Below are positions 31,101 through 33,297 of a DNA stretch of 64,000 nucleotides, in pieces (the stretch's first letter is position 1; each line of letters starts with the position of its first letter). The DNA is taken from the NCBI GenBank assembly GCA_964629655.1, contig CAZVQU010000002.1:396878-460877 (forward strand), in the 5' to 3' direction. Made by a program: the position numbers and the translations under genes. This DNA is from an uncultured Planctomycetia bacterium. GTDB lineage: Bacteria > Omnitrophota > Gorgyraeia > Duberdicusellales > 4484-171. Under the pieces are notes generated by a model. The model was not told the origin of the DNA, did not search any database, and worked only from the letters and a program-made list of their open reading frames with translations.

Positions 31101-32459
31101 TAAGAAATCATAATAAGCAACACTGCCTTCCCCAGCCTCTAAGCCAACATATCCCTGTTTTAATCCGTCTTTGTTGGTGTAACTTATTTCTGCTTCGGAG
31201 ACCGAGGCTTCTGAATATCGTTCAAACTTTAAGTCATCTTCTTTAGCACTGACTTTATAGTTATATACAGTTCTGGCTGAAATAGGCTTAGCTTGGTTTA
31301 CCTTTACAATGCCACCTATTGCCAGACAGTGTTCAGCGCCTTCATAAACTGAGGAATAAGCAACTTGCTCAAGGCCTAGGTCATCGTCTCTGATAATCAG
31401 CTGGTTCTCAAAACCAATCTCGGATTTTGCCTGGTATTCGATTATGCCGTCTTTAAACTGATAGTCTTTAGATCTAATCACTGTTCCGTTCAGCATTAAT
31501 TGGGAATTAAGGAGTTCATAACCTCCGCCTAAGCCTATATCGGCTTGCCAAACTTCCTGGTCCAATTCATCCTGGGAAAAATCATCAAAGAAATCAAAGA
31601 CATCTTTGCCGCTGGATAAACTTTTAGCTACGGAATTGCCATAATACATATATATAGGTAAGCCCTTAACAGGTATCTGGGGAAGCTTTACCCAAAAAGA
31701 AGCTACTTGGTTTGGACTTTTGCCGGTAACGCCCTCTAAAAGATAAGGCAGAATGGTCTCTCCGTCAGCGGCAGTAAAACGAATATCTCCGAAATCAGCC
31801 TTAGCCTCACCTTGACAACCGACCTCGGCTCCGGAAGTATTAGCTGATTGGCCAACTGATATAGGTATTTGATAGTTAAATAATTCTTCTTCTGAAGGAT
31901 TGGTAATACGAAGAAATTTTCTAAATTTAAATCCTGAAAGTTCTGGCTCGCCAAAACTTCCGCCGGCTCCGGATACATCGGTATAGGCAACTTTGATCTC
32001 AAAAAGTTGACTATCCAGACCAAGGGTTACCCGCCATTTAAGTCGCTTCCCGCTCTTGACTAAATCAAAAGGTACTCCATAGACCATTTGGGAATAACTC
32101 TTCCCGTTGTCAGTACTAAGCTCTAAGGTTACTTGGCCCTTAAATTCCCATGTAGCAGTAAGGCTTTTTATCTTGCTAGCAGTCCTAACAGCCTTAATGA
32201 GTTCATGGATACCATCTGCGGAAAGTTCAGGTAAAGAATAATCCCCTTTCCCATCTGTACGCCAAACCAAAGGAGATTTATGAGTAACTACCTCGGTTGT
32301 CTGTTGCTCAGAAGAACTAGCACTGCCAATAGCAAGAGACAAAGAAAGCCCTACTAAAAGAGAAAGAGTAACCAGCAGGGCTACTCTCCTTTTCGTTTTA
32401 CTTTGCTTTCTTTGTTTTGCTTTTTCGTAATTCACTTTACACCTTTTTTTAAACTCCAA
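4200..32459 (-). CDS. giant multidomain secreted or surface protein, 9,419 aa, encoded by a single 28,260-nt ORF. The exact start is uncertain: the track start corresponds to TTG, and an in-frame GTG with an AGGTG-like motif lies about 8 codons in.
   Basis: No stop codon occurs in one frame for 28.26 kb, which is impossible by chance at this AT content. N-terminal basic stretch plus hydrophobic helix (RRVALLVTLSLLVGLSLSLAIGSASS). DUF2341-like, LamG-like, glycine-rich repeat and Ig-like domain signatures recur throughout. Confidence 0.9.
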   Translation of the reverse strand: MEFKKRCKVNYEKAKQRKQSKTKRRVALLVTLSLLVGLSLSLAIGSASSSEQQTTEVVTHKSPLVWRTDGKGDYSLPELSADGIHELIKAVRTASKIKSLTATWEFKGQVTLELSTDNGKSYSQMVYGVPFDLVKSGKRLKWRVTLGLDSQLFEIKVAYTDVSGAGGSFGEPELSGFKFRKFLRITNPSEEELFNYQIPISVGQSANTSGAEVGCQGEAKADFGDIRFTAADGETILPYLLEGVTGKSPNQVASFWVKLPQIPVKGLPIYMYYGNSVAKSLSSGKDVFDFFDDFSQDELDQEVWQADIGLGGGYELLNSQLMLNGTVIRSKDYQFKDGIIEYQAKSEIGFENQLIIRDDDLGLEQVAYSSVYEGAEHCLAIGGIVKVNQAKPISARTVYNYKVSAKEDDLKFERYSEASVSEAEISYTNKDGLKQGYVGLEAGEGSVAYYDFLRVRKYVETEPYVSSSADQENIRLAEFFETIVSDNGDVVLKATEGAYSSLGRYTTEPISTACNITAITPTIKLASDTLKSASKSQAISMDISADGGLNWKESCESGMTYTGMDDFSVGKELSLRVNLSTGNTTATPKLEELKLEYSIAPKVSSVKVDCSGATGTQGVYIAGDSMVIKWDNSADGDNNSDIVSVSCNFAPFGGEGVTPMYDDDGDDIYAVEYKIPEDVDVTANIFVTATNRCGITTKDGHILIVNTIPDQAAALAETEEGTDQEAISPEDVVSQEGVLEESVTQPDFEPGVASAQGFGVIVYNSQSAPEDFYLKNEAGKFVPYIFEEVSPRRYEVSLKSLNGVQKYVFTRKGIALLEDAGNGFQKKVKNSWFYIQKMGTFPWQWEDVEPKKGKLSYSENDNGTVTIYNKSSQGTVTAQLGFDGEKYYNKFSVEGDNQALGSAKKRVRWDTVFNKKGLIKKDNANVRRRIKRKVKRFLRAAKQEIVEGEVSREKFDNVLIDWKDFKKSERSKKRKKTRAQRLTGTNENNPHKASTCRVWFYEDGKAGDIVIDPVLSATQASGTITIQTAGLTTSDFKLVFKEADAGVSEFYKGTGSAWSTNYGSATELLTELDQDSALQVDSSSVLKLLEANSTRARVENKFSLASEATVTEEWTIYSTGKIIKRIKYEKLLAGTEARSVDDDATDYVATGMSGYHPSTPAAGRSTATYYDTQLIELIATATGEITDYQDPGTVSIVTGTVETAARGDADADGFNEGEGSYEVRVRTQDNKFLFGLDGSGQTKYKPIFMAREAYPSSASANHILAHYRLDETTGTTVDNAQGTANRDATASEAVETNITTATAQRGTGFNLKDDAENLAITSANIMSDWSKGTIEFWYRPNYDFAAAQTEAKYLFGSAASGTANAIWARVYDDTDEATLEFGIKGAGNQSSVTITETDDSLWKANGWVHLRFTWDDTATDVCRIYYNGQYVTQTHTDTTSALTVLGTSFFFGDYKTSGTDNAEGIFDEIYIYNAAILPFGAYHSDFAGSYAKPHSDLTLYWNGDGSGIQYSGAGTGSVTSSGSFASALVGNGFLNDASDEYVQVASASNIVAATGSLSLWLKSSDSSPAAQYIFYNNDNLALSFDNQGNLVFELEGNNDIETTGDYYDSEWHHVRLTWDYTNDVYKIYVDGREQGSETASLTAPSLATNIFFSAKDASGTNNFEGLIDEVYITSSASTPQVQTAYGDPIKMIQLSVDGTAKTQGSEYNCSRIHSASDYIVQYLSDVAADVNISMTDDTSSTTISAPITLTDDTVYRDLTISGTTLTVDSYNKAGGAGQITIIATNLTLDAGAVISANGTGYPGGFSDTDNGNGYGPGEGEGRGNNGSALISGSGGGYGGKGGKGYSGIEPEYGKPYGSIKEPTDLGSGGGGTYSNNRLGGAGGGSLKIVVLDTFTLNGSITANGVAGTNNGGASSQRATGGGSGGSIWIDAGALDGTGSVISNGGDGGNDNWDGGGGGGGRIAIYYTADTSSLATLSTYGGSGRDNAERAGSGTIFKKDDGQTNGDLTTSNNNNSGRDTPFVDGTYTFDSITVQEDAHITLSASDTVTTDNFTISDATVENNDGSLTVNTAYTMAGSRHIQSTDATFDGSAATISFTSGTNYWDISKDVASDPIFTSGSISAGATLTHSDHVSTGTHLYSLILETTGDLTLASTAYINVNNLGYSGGYGDVEGSVTGNTGSGFGTGGGYGPDGEYQRGGGGGGYGGEGGITAGRSGYTGAGGIAYGSITAPVDLGSGGGGSRATNRWGGDGGGAIKLTVGGTLTVTGDITANGEDGEMNGGYGSQISAGGGSGGSIWIDADVLEGAGAVTANGGDGADDTYDGAGGAGGRIAIYYTTDDSTITPTAYGGSGIVGSQIGGAGTIYQKDAAQDGDLTVANNTGSASSADTPIPDATYTFKDFDIKDNAQVILSASDTITTANLALDTDVLLDNNDATLTINAACTLAGGRYIQSTDATFDGSSATLNATSGITYWDISKDVGTEPLFSSGGIAQGATLTHYDHTTSDSHTYSLILETTNDLIINNGAYIDVSSRGFRGGYGDTNGSLANQTGEGFGTGAGYGSNGDYDEGGGGAGYGGGGGISNGYYAANVTAGGTSYGSVTEPVDLGSGGGGVRSPNIWGGDGGGVVKLIVGGTLTVTGDITAGGGNGSINGGHSSYMSGGGGSGGSLWIDAGVLIGTGNIKADGGSGGDDNRDGAGGSGGRIAIYYTTDSFEGTVGAYGGSGRSLSQRGSAGTIYKDNGVQANGDLILDGGGTGIAYKRASGVGELSETFDNVIVKNYINYNGALTTVDLDVQASGSLGHQVHQRSEIEETYFLNITVTDDAVITGDIGVYGQGFSGGNGNPGDGIGTGAGDGGYDACYCRGGSGGGYGGIGGQGDQNSIGGSGYGSVITPNNLGSGGGGSTYRGSATPGNGGAGGGELKLTVTDTLTVAGSINADGDNGVAYYECGGGGSGGSLWIVAGTIEGSGSITANGGDGGDWEDDGGGGSGGRIAIYYTTDTFDGDLTAYGGAGGTNAQRGGVGTIYKNDGVQTNGDLILDGGANGAAYSLAPGVTAIVQLFDNVNVRNTVSYNGLLTTVDLDVESGAVFGHQLHQPSEVDKTYWLTVEVDDDAVITGEINVNDRGFAAGAGDPGDGVGTGAGAGAYSQGYDRGGNGAGHAGYGGRGYFNSTELGGSPYGSVTEPITLGSGGGDIYRQNYTPGSGGGVVKLDVTDTLTVAGSITSNGGDGGGNDEGTGGGSGGSIWIITDILDGDGVISANGGDGFDTNQDGGGGSGGRIAIYYATDNSSIVPTAYGGSGGNTAQTGSVGTIFEKDTDGQTNGDLTLYGEGTGSIVYNQAGGVQNTDQAFDNVIVKNSANYNGTLNTVDLDIQADAVLGHQMHQLSEDTETYRLEITVTDDAVITGELNVSYQGFSHGTGNPGTGIGPGGGSGEWDSTQTKGGSGGGYGGIGGRGNESSSVAGGSTYGSAIQPANLGSGGGCSEYRWNSGQLSTGSGGGELKLIVTDTLTVTGAISANGRNGGGYAEGTGGGAGGSIWIETDTLAGDGVITANGGDGRNYEDDGGGGGGGRIAIHYATADNSSIEPTAYGGAGTDNAQRGGTGTIYKKGPSHTDGELILQGGGVDSTYQLAAATGTVAGSFDNVIVRQATNYNGLLTTADLDVQAGAIFGHQMHQVSQVAKAYSLEIVVTDDAVITGDIDVNEQGFSGAPVGTPGHGVGDGGGRGSNGNVNVSACGGNYGGYGGRGYGNAIASLSTYGSYTAPIDLGSGGGATPSGTGYGGSGGGAVKLTVTDTLTVTGNITANGGNGYYNGGTSSWYAGGGGSGGSIYLTADTITGAGDITANGGRVQDDTWDGGGGGGGRIAIYYTTADTHTGALSAGGGTGYLTGQRGGVGTIFKKDTDGQTVGELILDSGGTDSTYTQAAAMDAIVADFDKFVVKNASNYNGALTTDYLEIEAGGSLGHAPNDDTKVYWLDITVSGDALITGAINVNAQGFAGGIGNPGTGEGGDGGAGGGGGNGGLTIVSGSGGGYGGPGGDGYNAEANELSGGSIYGSIKEPEDLGSGGGGTVLNDRYGGDGGGAVKLTVTGTLTVAGSITANGGAGIRDGGNASLYTGGGGSGGSIWIDADTITGSGTISANGGNAADDTWDGGGGGGGRIAIYSTENTFAGTLSAAGGSGYTTGERAGAGTIYEKDDGQTNGDLTMDNNNNVGLYTPYATGTIVFDNLTVKEDAVLDHSGGSITVGNTFTLADDGRYIHGASSTLDVSAATLTVSSGIGYFDVPEDISSEPVFSAITIPSAATLKHSANTDTHTYSLILEATGDVTVDAAGTIAVNGDGYSGVAAGDGNGSGGGRGTDSNQYASASGASYGGYGAMGSGSYGVGNVVYGSITVPVDLGSSGGGTYSTSRAGGAGGGALKLTVGGTLTVNGDITATGGNGVANGGNPTWFSSGAGSGGSVYIIAPTLEGTGNISANGGDGAVDTQWGGGGSGGRVAIYYTTDNSSIAFNSYGGRGYKTYYGAAGTVYKKTPAQTNGELIIGNNDWNSDVDTHLVDGTYTFDDITIDKKAKLRLSAGDTLTSTNLTIDNNGVLDNNAGSLTVDTTFTLDAGGRYIQEKAATLATSSAALAITSSTCYWNIHKDVTTDPTFSSVSISAGATLSHYSQYAEHVYSLILKTTGGITIPVGGYINVDNRGYRGGLGVPGTGNGPGGGAGNDGTRAVCGGGASHGGKGGDSYNSLAGNVYGSITEPVDLGSGGGGTYYNDRYGGTGGGVVKLTAGGTLSVGGNITANASAGETDGGTSSQYGAGGGSGGSIYLIADTITGSGTISTNGGNGGNDQTNDGGGGSGGRIAIYYAENTSTGGINSLGGWGYGAEYGAAGTIFLDDTDDSNLYGELRIKNNDLLTNVNVTTHLPEDNFDSSSSTINFDVVNVANDARLGIPGGYTLSVEGDVNIGTENANYDIAQILIKGSASLDLADAVPPAWYDVDWLSSQKFIINSDLIDETLADFPVLVRLDSSNSSVFGAALSTGYDILFTASDGETKLDHEIEKYIDTAGNELLIAHVEIPSISSSVDTVFYMYYENAAAGDQQNITGVWDDANYVMVQHMNQDPTSSQIIDSTDNDNDGTARGLMTSSGKGLISGKIGDCLDFDGSGDAIVIPDSASLDLVGDQYTLEAWIYVRNYSSDYRLIVAKGAPNANTNWSYFMDIRTDGRLRNDVRNTTGTAYLLENYGLARSSVTYQWHYVSAVYNGATDTLVSYIGGRQVGSRATGGTLRQTDALVTIGGYWNQANNDQNPFLGAIDEVRISSTPRSAAWLKASYYSMNDSLFVTTTTTTGSGTIVADNINIYGVDGVGASLSANGQGSIHDLGTGAGGTGSSTYGAGGGYGGAGEDSTDGGTGGTTYGSNTAPVDLGSGGGSDDGGAGGGAMVLAILNTLTVDGFLSSDGDDAANDGGGGSGGSIYAAVGSLDGAGIITAEGGAAAGEGGLGGGGRIRLTAEDGSPATFAGTMTAYDGSGATGSNDGTVSIDYICTPPTLVLPADTYAYEPVRPIFELYTTHGIDAPAQFKILLAEDVDFTTGLQTFDQTSSQTGWSGQDAASNTAYATTSSSGTHAFYTLQSNLTRDDTYYWKAYAIDPAGSAEWSKASVVRSFTVGATLTLVSPNGTESWRTRSAHDITWTHVGPVVNVKLLYAIDGSTFENVAIASTANDDSYSWTIPYLDSTTVKVRIEDVNDSGTYDESNANFTILPSILTMTSPDGTEEWTVSSDHDITFTTTGVIPNVNLHYLDIDDGSEDPYTVGSDSLQYRVPITVTNNGSTLTDYTVMVDDFDTLTLINAGKMQEDGADIRFTNAASAKLNYWIASGINTATTDIWFEADSLPGSAAETTIYLYYGSVDAHRETATLDIASGRADPEPTLVVGSATGDGSWQKILIADSIANSSPYADWTVPRHIIDEAKVRVEDSYDTGIFDVSDAVFSMVLPTLTLLTPSDAAIELDTEQEYSITWDYSGPISNLLALYYSTDSGATYPNTIATAIDHYGVDYALTDGTFSYRRPATLTNAAGQVFNDYGVQITLDTEALIAAGKMQADGDDIRFTNVSSEELSYWLQSGIDTDSTSVWVELATIPTGDTTIYMHYGNDSVSSDSSVITPPDPAEVTSVLGSEDINTSYTWTVPYDPSATAKVKVQDTFYQELIDTSADQFGLGTHSDTEVSGTGNDAGVTLGDAGGVSIGLVSAWHFNEGTGTAAADSSGSNNGTITGATWNTASEKLGAAALSFDGNDYVDSGNGASLDFGTGSFTVVAWAKSSAQTTGRIVNKGDCVGSGAYGWGISPRSSGEIWYIVGLGGTEVMNKKLGDNYDTGWHQYALVVDRASDELQGYLDAVAVASATDISAYSADTSDTTRAVTMGVGKRQSDDALVEYFTGSIDEVLIYNRALSLAEIQTLYNSGSGVESDVYSSSGTFTSRAIDTLGTEEYGTLDWNATIPAESEGAGGLISTDMSGLVSLWHLDEGGGAVAGDSKGTDDGGITGATWETSDYRVGSGALSFDGTDDYVDIGYSSGFFTQSTDQETISITAWVKPDSVDSWQAIYQLGGASNGAVLGIKNDGTVMFVTREGSTSESVTSPSALTPGEWVHLTGSKSSSDMTLYINGVEVATNPGAYTWNTGGAGNVIGHDGDKGAGFYQSTMRGTQDVDEYFDGIIDEVAVFDRALTADEILLLYTGQEVKFQLAGSDDGSSWDNFIGAEGTITDYFTTSGTDMPVSLDSKRYLKYKAYLGTGNRGYTPTLNEVKFSFTDSVEADRIFNDPSNNNFSILARPITYYTITTTTPQKVAVGWSETVTAYDEMDHVVTADSSTELTLTDTGNATFYTDDTYVTETTTYTLADGQATVYLKSNTVETLTINADDSTYDVTSNTITVASPLTLSEPNGGDEWELWTSHNIIWASDESVSDDIIVKYTTVDEEPWDGDNWDSIDTGQTASKTYNHRFELSSDISTTARIKVYSLSAIEAGIEYYDISDANFAIAAIPIMEITSPESGDERKIGYTYDITWDRTGRLYDTVDISYSSDNGSTWTLVEADVTNNGTYSWLTPDSQTAQAKVKIVESAVPANRDTNTVRQVVSDPFSITAPTVTLVAPNGDEVWVYSDEEQITWTLEGKVSNDLLLEYSKDGFASDTHTIYDGVIPTTGLVPGYGYGKKVTITNTGNMAYNYQFKLTLDTEALIAAGKMQADGDDIRFKDDTANLCSYYLVPNTIDTTDTEIWVKVPEVPAGTSYVFMYYDNSTATSGSSYDDAMTKYPEGTLSTSGMVGEWLFNDASGLTAADSSGQGNDGTISGTPSALIFDGVNDYVDLGSTNDLIGDNLQTITVSMWLKYTSAVSRYVLSLKRAAAPETLLSLVINADAGNNDDLGYLGFLTSPPAGGSHTWLTHKLGAGYNDDNWHHLVAVVDGATRTLYIDGVQRGTDSEGLQSVTGNTYSAVIGAHATTAPPSIPFPGSIDEVRIYTRALSGSEVTEHYNGVFSDETDLVALYSFDETDVTDQTVISDSSGQGNDGTFNDSDATQHHITDSPVSGADWSTGKLGGSLVFNDTDAYTDVGDISADTKTVEFWVNNDNSDDGILELVDDTIYISIASGAITATGFTSPTIYVNADSSSQDLSAGWNHVAVTTSSGVDTTALRVGEANDDYCGGRIDELRLHSNVLTAEKIREHYDIGNGLIGVWNLDEGSGTTAADSSRQGNTGTITGATWDADTDPTTFSTGSVLSFDGTSDYMTVANNLFSGETYTTNTQWVYITSYPSSTNVGTLHAWASEDQIACDITSDGYLEFWINSAKRAETSTPIGTNQWVHLAWVTDGTYAKIYKDGSEVASEAWSSPIATSSQALYSFKRSDSDTYLAGKLDGLTVYNRALSADEITAHYERRKFIDPEPTAGTPAAEQAVNSYTWTIPDDESTTVKVRITDNERNAVTDDSDNNFTILSRPRINIIQPNGGELVTVADAYEIQWSTDGDEVADDGLKIEYSKDDFVDDTNSITSDTVNDGSFNWLNVPEDVTNTAKIRISDNESGYEDVIGISADYFQIELPEVTLTSPNGAEDWYATGDYAITWTKTGAVDPLTIEYSLNNGTDWTEITTGVTAALGTYTWTVEDSATAAALIRITDPLRPTTTDVSDAVFNIVEPSLTLTAPNGAESWIVGTAHDITWTSVGTNGSVHDGSLVLKYSKNGTDWTTITQNQANDGVYPWTIPDDTSETVQVKVYDGDRIATTDTSDAVLAIASPTVTVTSPVGGEQWRMGTDHDITWTSVGSVAANNIRIQYSTDGGGSWSMVTQNEDNDGVYPWEVPDPGAAAGTCKIRITDMGRADTPQDVSPGVFAITAPTFTLVAPNGGETWTVGDSEWISWSSEGALADDLIIEYSNDNFLTEENIHTIADNVNNELTTLSWTIPEYLYTTVRLRITDTGRTASTIKSAANFSILPTPVLTITAPNGGESWIMGTDHEITWTDNSGLISNNLTLEYSIDNGDNWVEIATGEANDGTYDWTVPSDAGFLTAKAQTLVRITDANRSSTTDASGAVFTIALPVITITQPNGGEEWAVDDFAIVHWTSVGAVSDDLVFYYSVDGGSNWESPAEASGEANDGESIWQIPDNPSPYIRFKIVDGSRPNVLDVTDENFTIIPEPIILITAPAGGEEYVLGDTVEITWSWMGLSISNLMISYSNDSFVTSRIIATGEDNDGSYDWTIPEAALTGQTLAIRITDAGDTSVTDDTDGFFRIKGGFEILVPNGGEDWIAKSPHSINWTTRGTITTVKIEYTLDDGDTWNPVIAATPNLNAYNWTLPDPKIAVDPPKADSAVKVRISDVNDSTVNDETDESFTISYATVQFKVLDYDTLGNLTEVGASEPSSTGWSAAGLVSPIERVSAYPYSTYTTYFTVNEYIDNTATWTAPVNGGGTYSVTCYLENQASAQVTWESVLTYSFSPAVDTLSAIGSLQRKGKLVGTTAEQRSDLGPASLTIYETDGETVRDTVTASVSASGMYNFTLTDTEFEAGYVYPAVLEIEYRDNGYASSANIDVGSEILQYEFFTNTAAQLTDSVSTIENAVAGGTEDVQESLIESVTAIKNDTAELVATQTEVIEDAVTEGVADTISIIGGEDLSSGETIASRISLTSTSRILNQESHIRSNGTLSVRYKTDTGTSPVISVYDAANATRINEAAMTEISSGTGIYAYDVTFAWGRGEHTIVCQEKTNGTLDGINIEVISADLESIANTATSTMAQLTNIDTSKMETLTDSVDRVNSIISEIMGSMGELASLSSKMKELTDTTVKAIYDQLAVTSQKLKAINEGQGVKIEKMYELSTGQSTNVDYIKNKTLEIKALVDVSQEILTRTSDEPIVTSWLESAGGEGGEALEQEPVENTPKPVESEEPEPGIIQGGTPGLTEDVVEEYIEQ
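5950..8700 (-). repeat. tandem array of about 12-13 Ig-like beta-sandwich domains of about 90 aa in the giant protein (Kre9/KNH-like or similar; family assignment tentative)
   Basis: Repeated pattern P(N/V)GGE.W..G..H.ITW...G....L.(I/L)(E/Q)YS.DgG..W..I......NDG.Y.WT(I/V)PD.....A.(V/I)RI(T/S)D......D.SD..F.I. Plus-strand shadow ORFs 5914-8100 all show the mirrored QVISWSVPI..SPPLGA periodicity. Confidence 0.7.
8760..10600 (-). repeat. three consecutive LamG/concanavalin-A-like lectin-fold domains of about 200 aa each in the giant protein. Further LamG-like domains lie at about 27400-28600 (x2), 16540-17050 and 12330-13850 (x2).
   Basis: Each unit starts LVxxWxxDEGSGTTAADSSGQGNDGTI.GATW, has a central FDG.DDYV motif, and ends G.IDEV(R/A)(I/V)(Y/F).RALSA.EI..HY. 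This is the classic Laminin_G_3 termination motif. Confidence 0.65.
10790..15050 (-). repeat. region containing three DUF2341-like modules (about 10790-10900, 14180-14300, 14860-15050) interleaved with Ig-like and LamG domains. Additional DUF2341-like modules lie at about 31560-31950 and 17220-17620.
   Basis: Motifs (F/Y)..L.LDTEALIAAGKMQ(A/E)DG(D/A)DIRFT............W...(V/I)P......T.IY(M/L)YYGN. The nucleotide stretches 10800-10862 and 14205-14270 are almost identical (atcatc.ccgtcagc.tgcatctt.ccggcagcgattaaagcttcggtatc), and 14945-15000 is a more diverged third copy. Confidence 0.6.
17650..27150 (-). repeat. array of about 10 glycine-rich repeat units of 290-400 aa within the giant gene (predicted parallel beta-helix-like)
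   Basis: Recurring blocks LGSGGGG...GGDGGGAIKLTVGGTLTVTGDITANG...GGGSGGSIWIDA...ANGGDG..D..DGGGG.GGRIAIYY(T/A)TD...AYGGSG....GTIYKKD..QTNGDL. Five central units carry an HQ(M/L/V)HQ motif spaced 858-872 nt apart (about nt 21450, 22322, 23180, 24045). The outer units are longer. DNA identity between units is only partial. Confidence 0.8.
29520..29800 (-). other. lysine/arginine-rich low-complexity segment of about 90 aa inside the giant protein (about aa 890-980)
   Basis: Translation KKRVRWDTVFNKKGLIKKDNANVRRRIKRKVKRFLRAAKQEIVEGEVSREKFDNVLIDWKDFKKSERSKKRKKTRAQRL. The F/L-rich plus-strand shadow ORF 29545-29799 mirrors it. Confidence 0.7.
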
Positions 32460-32640
32460 ATTGAATCGGATAAAAGCTTTATTTACCTTTACCCTTTTTT
32501 ATCTCTCTCCTCCTATTTTCTACTATAAATATAACCTATATTAGGATTATTGCCTAGATGCAAAACTACTCTATTTCCTTGCACAATCTACTCTATCCCA
32601 ATTTAGCCTCTAGAAAACGCTTATTATGTAAACGTTATCA

Positions 32641-33294
32641 CTAATATTCGTCAATATCTACAAGTTTATGCTTAATAGCGTATTTAATCAGATCGCTGCT
32701 CCGGCGTAGGCTAAGTTTCTTTAACAGGGCACTTTTATAGTTTTCGACTGTCCTGGGACTGATAAACAAGACATCAGCTATCTGTTTAGCTGTTTTCCCC
32801 TCAACCACCAAACGCAAGATTTCCTCCTCCCTGGAAGTCAAAAGGCTTTCTTTAGCCGGCTGTTTGGGCTTACTATCAATTGCTTTATCTACCAGATAGG
32901 AAGAAACAGTCGAACTCAAATAGGTTTCCCCGCGGGCAATTTTGCCAAGGGCCACCAAAAGGTCCTCTCCGGCATTTTCTTTATGGAGATAGCCCTTTGC
33001 CCCAGCTTTAAACGCTTTCATTATATAAGTATGGGCCTTATGCACAGTAATGATTAAAATCTTGGTTTTCGGTGAGATATAGTGAACCTGCTCAATTACT
33101 TCAAGGCCGCTTATTTTAGGCATCGAAATATCTAGAAGAAGGATATCCGGTTTAAGTTTCTTGACCACCGCCACTACCTCTTCTCCGTCTGCAGCTTCTC
33201 CAACTACCTCATAGTCAAGACTGTCACGAAGGATATTTTTTATCCCTTCGCGAATGATATCGTGATCATCGGAAATTACAATCGAAATAGCCAT
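32641..33294 (-). CDS. NarL/FixJ-family response regulator (REC + LuxR-type HTH), 217 aa
   Basis: REC motifs (IVISDDH...DILLLDISMP...) and a C-terminal LuxR HTH (LTSREEEILRLVVEGKTAKQIADVLFISPRTVENYKSALLKKL). It starts 4 nt after the kinase stop. Confidence 0.9.
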   Translation of the reverse strand: MAISIVISDDHDIIREGIKNILRDSLDYEVVGEAADGEEVVAVVKKLKPDILLLDISMPKISGLEVIEQVHYISPKTKILIITVHKAHTYIMKAFKAGAKGYLHKENAGEDLLVALGKIARGETYLSSTVSSYLVDKAIDSKPKQPAKESLLTSREEEILRLVVEGKTAKQIADVLFISPRTVENYKSALLKKLSLRRSSDLIKYAIKHKLVDIDEY

Positions 33295-33297
33295 AAT

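Noticed and set aside
4246-32023. Dozens of plus-strand ORFs of 60-137 aa inside the giant gene (for example 5914-6327, 6781-7185, 20805-21089, 26608-26844, 29545-29799)
   Set aside because: They are shadow ORFs of the minus-strand giant CDS. Their compositions are the mirror of the real protein: P/A/S-rich opposite the Gly-rich repeats, F/L-rich opposite the Lys-rich block, and periodic QVISWSVPI opposite the Ig-like repeats. None has a start context or a recognisable motif.
4200-32459. The giant ORF as a chimeric or misassembled concatenation of several genes
   Set aside because: A misjoin of independent genes would almost never preserve one reading frame without stops for 28 kb. Domain types recur consistently along the whole length and the repeat units are diverged, not collapsed identical copies. 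Long-read confirmation is still advisable.
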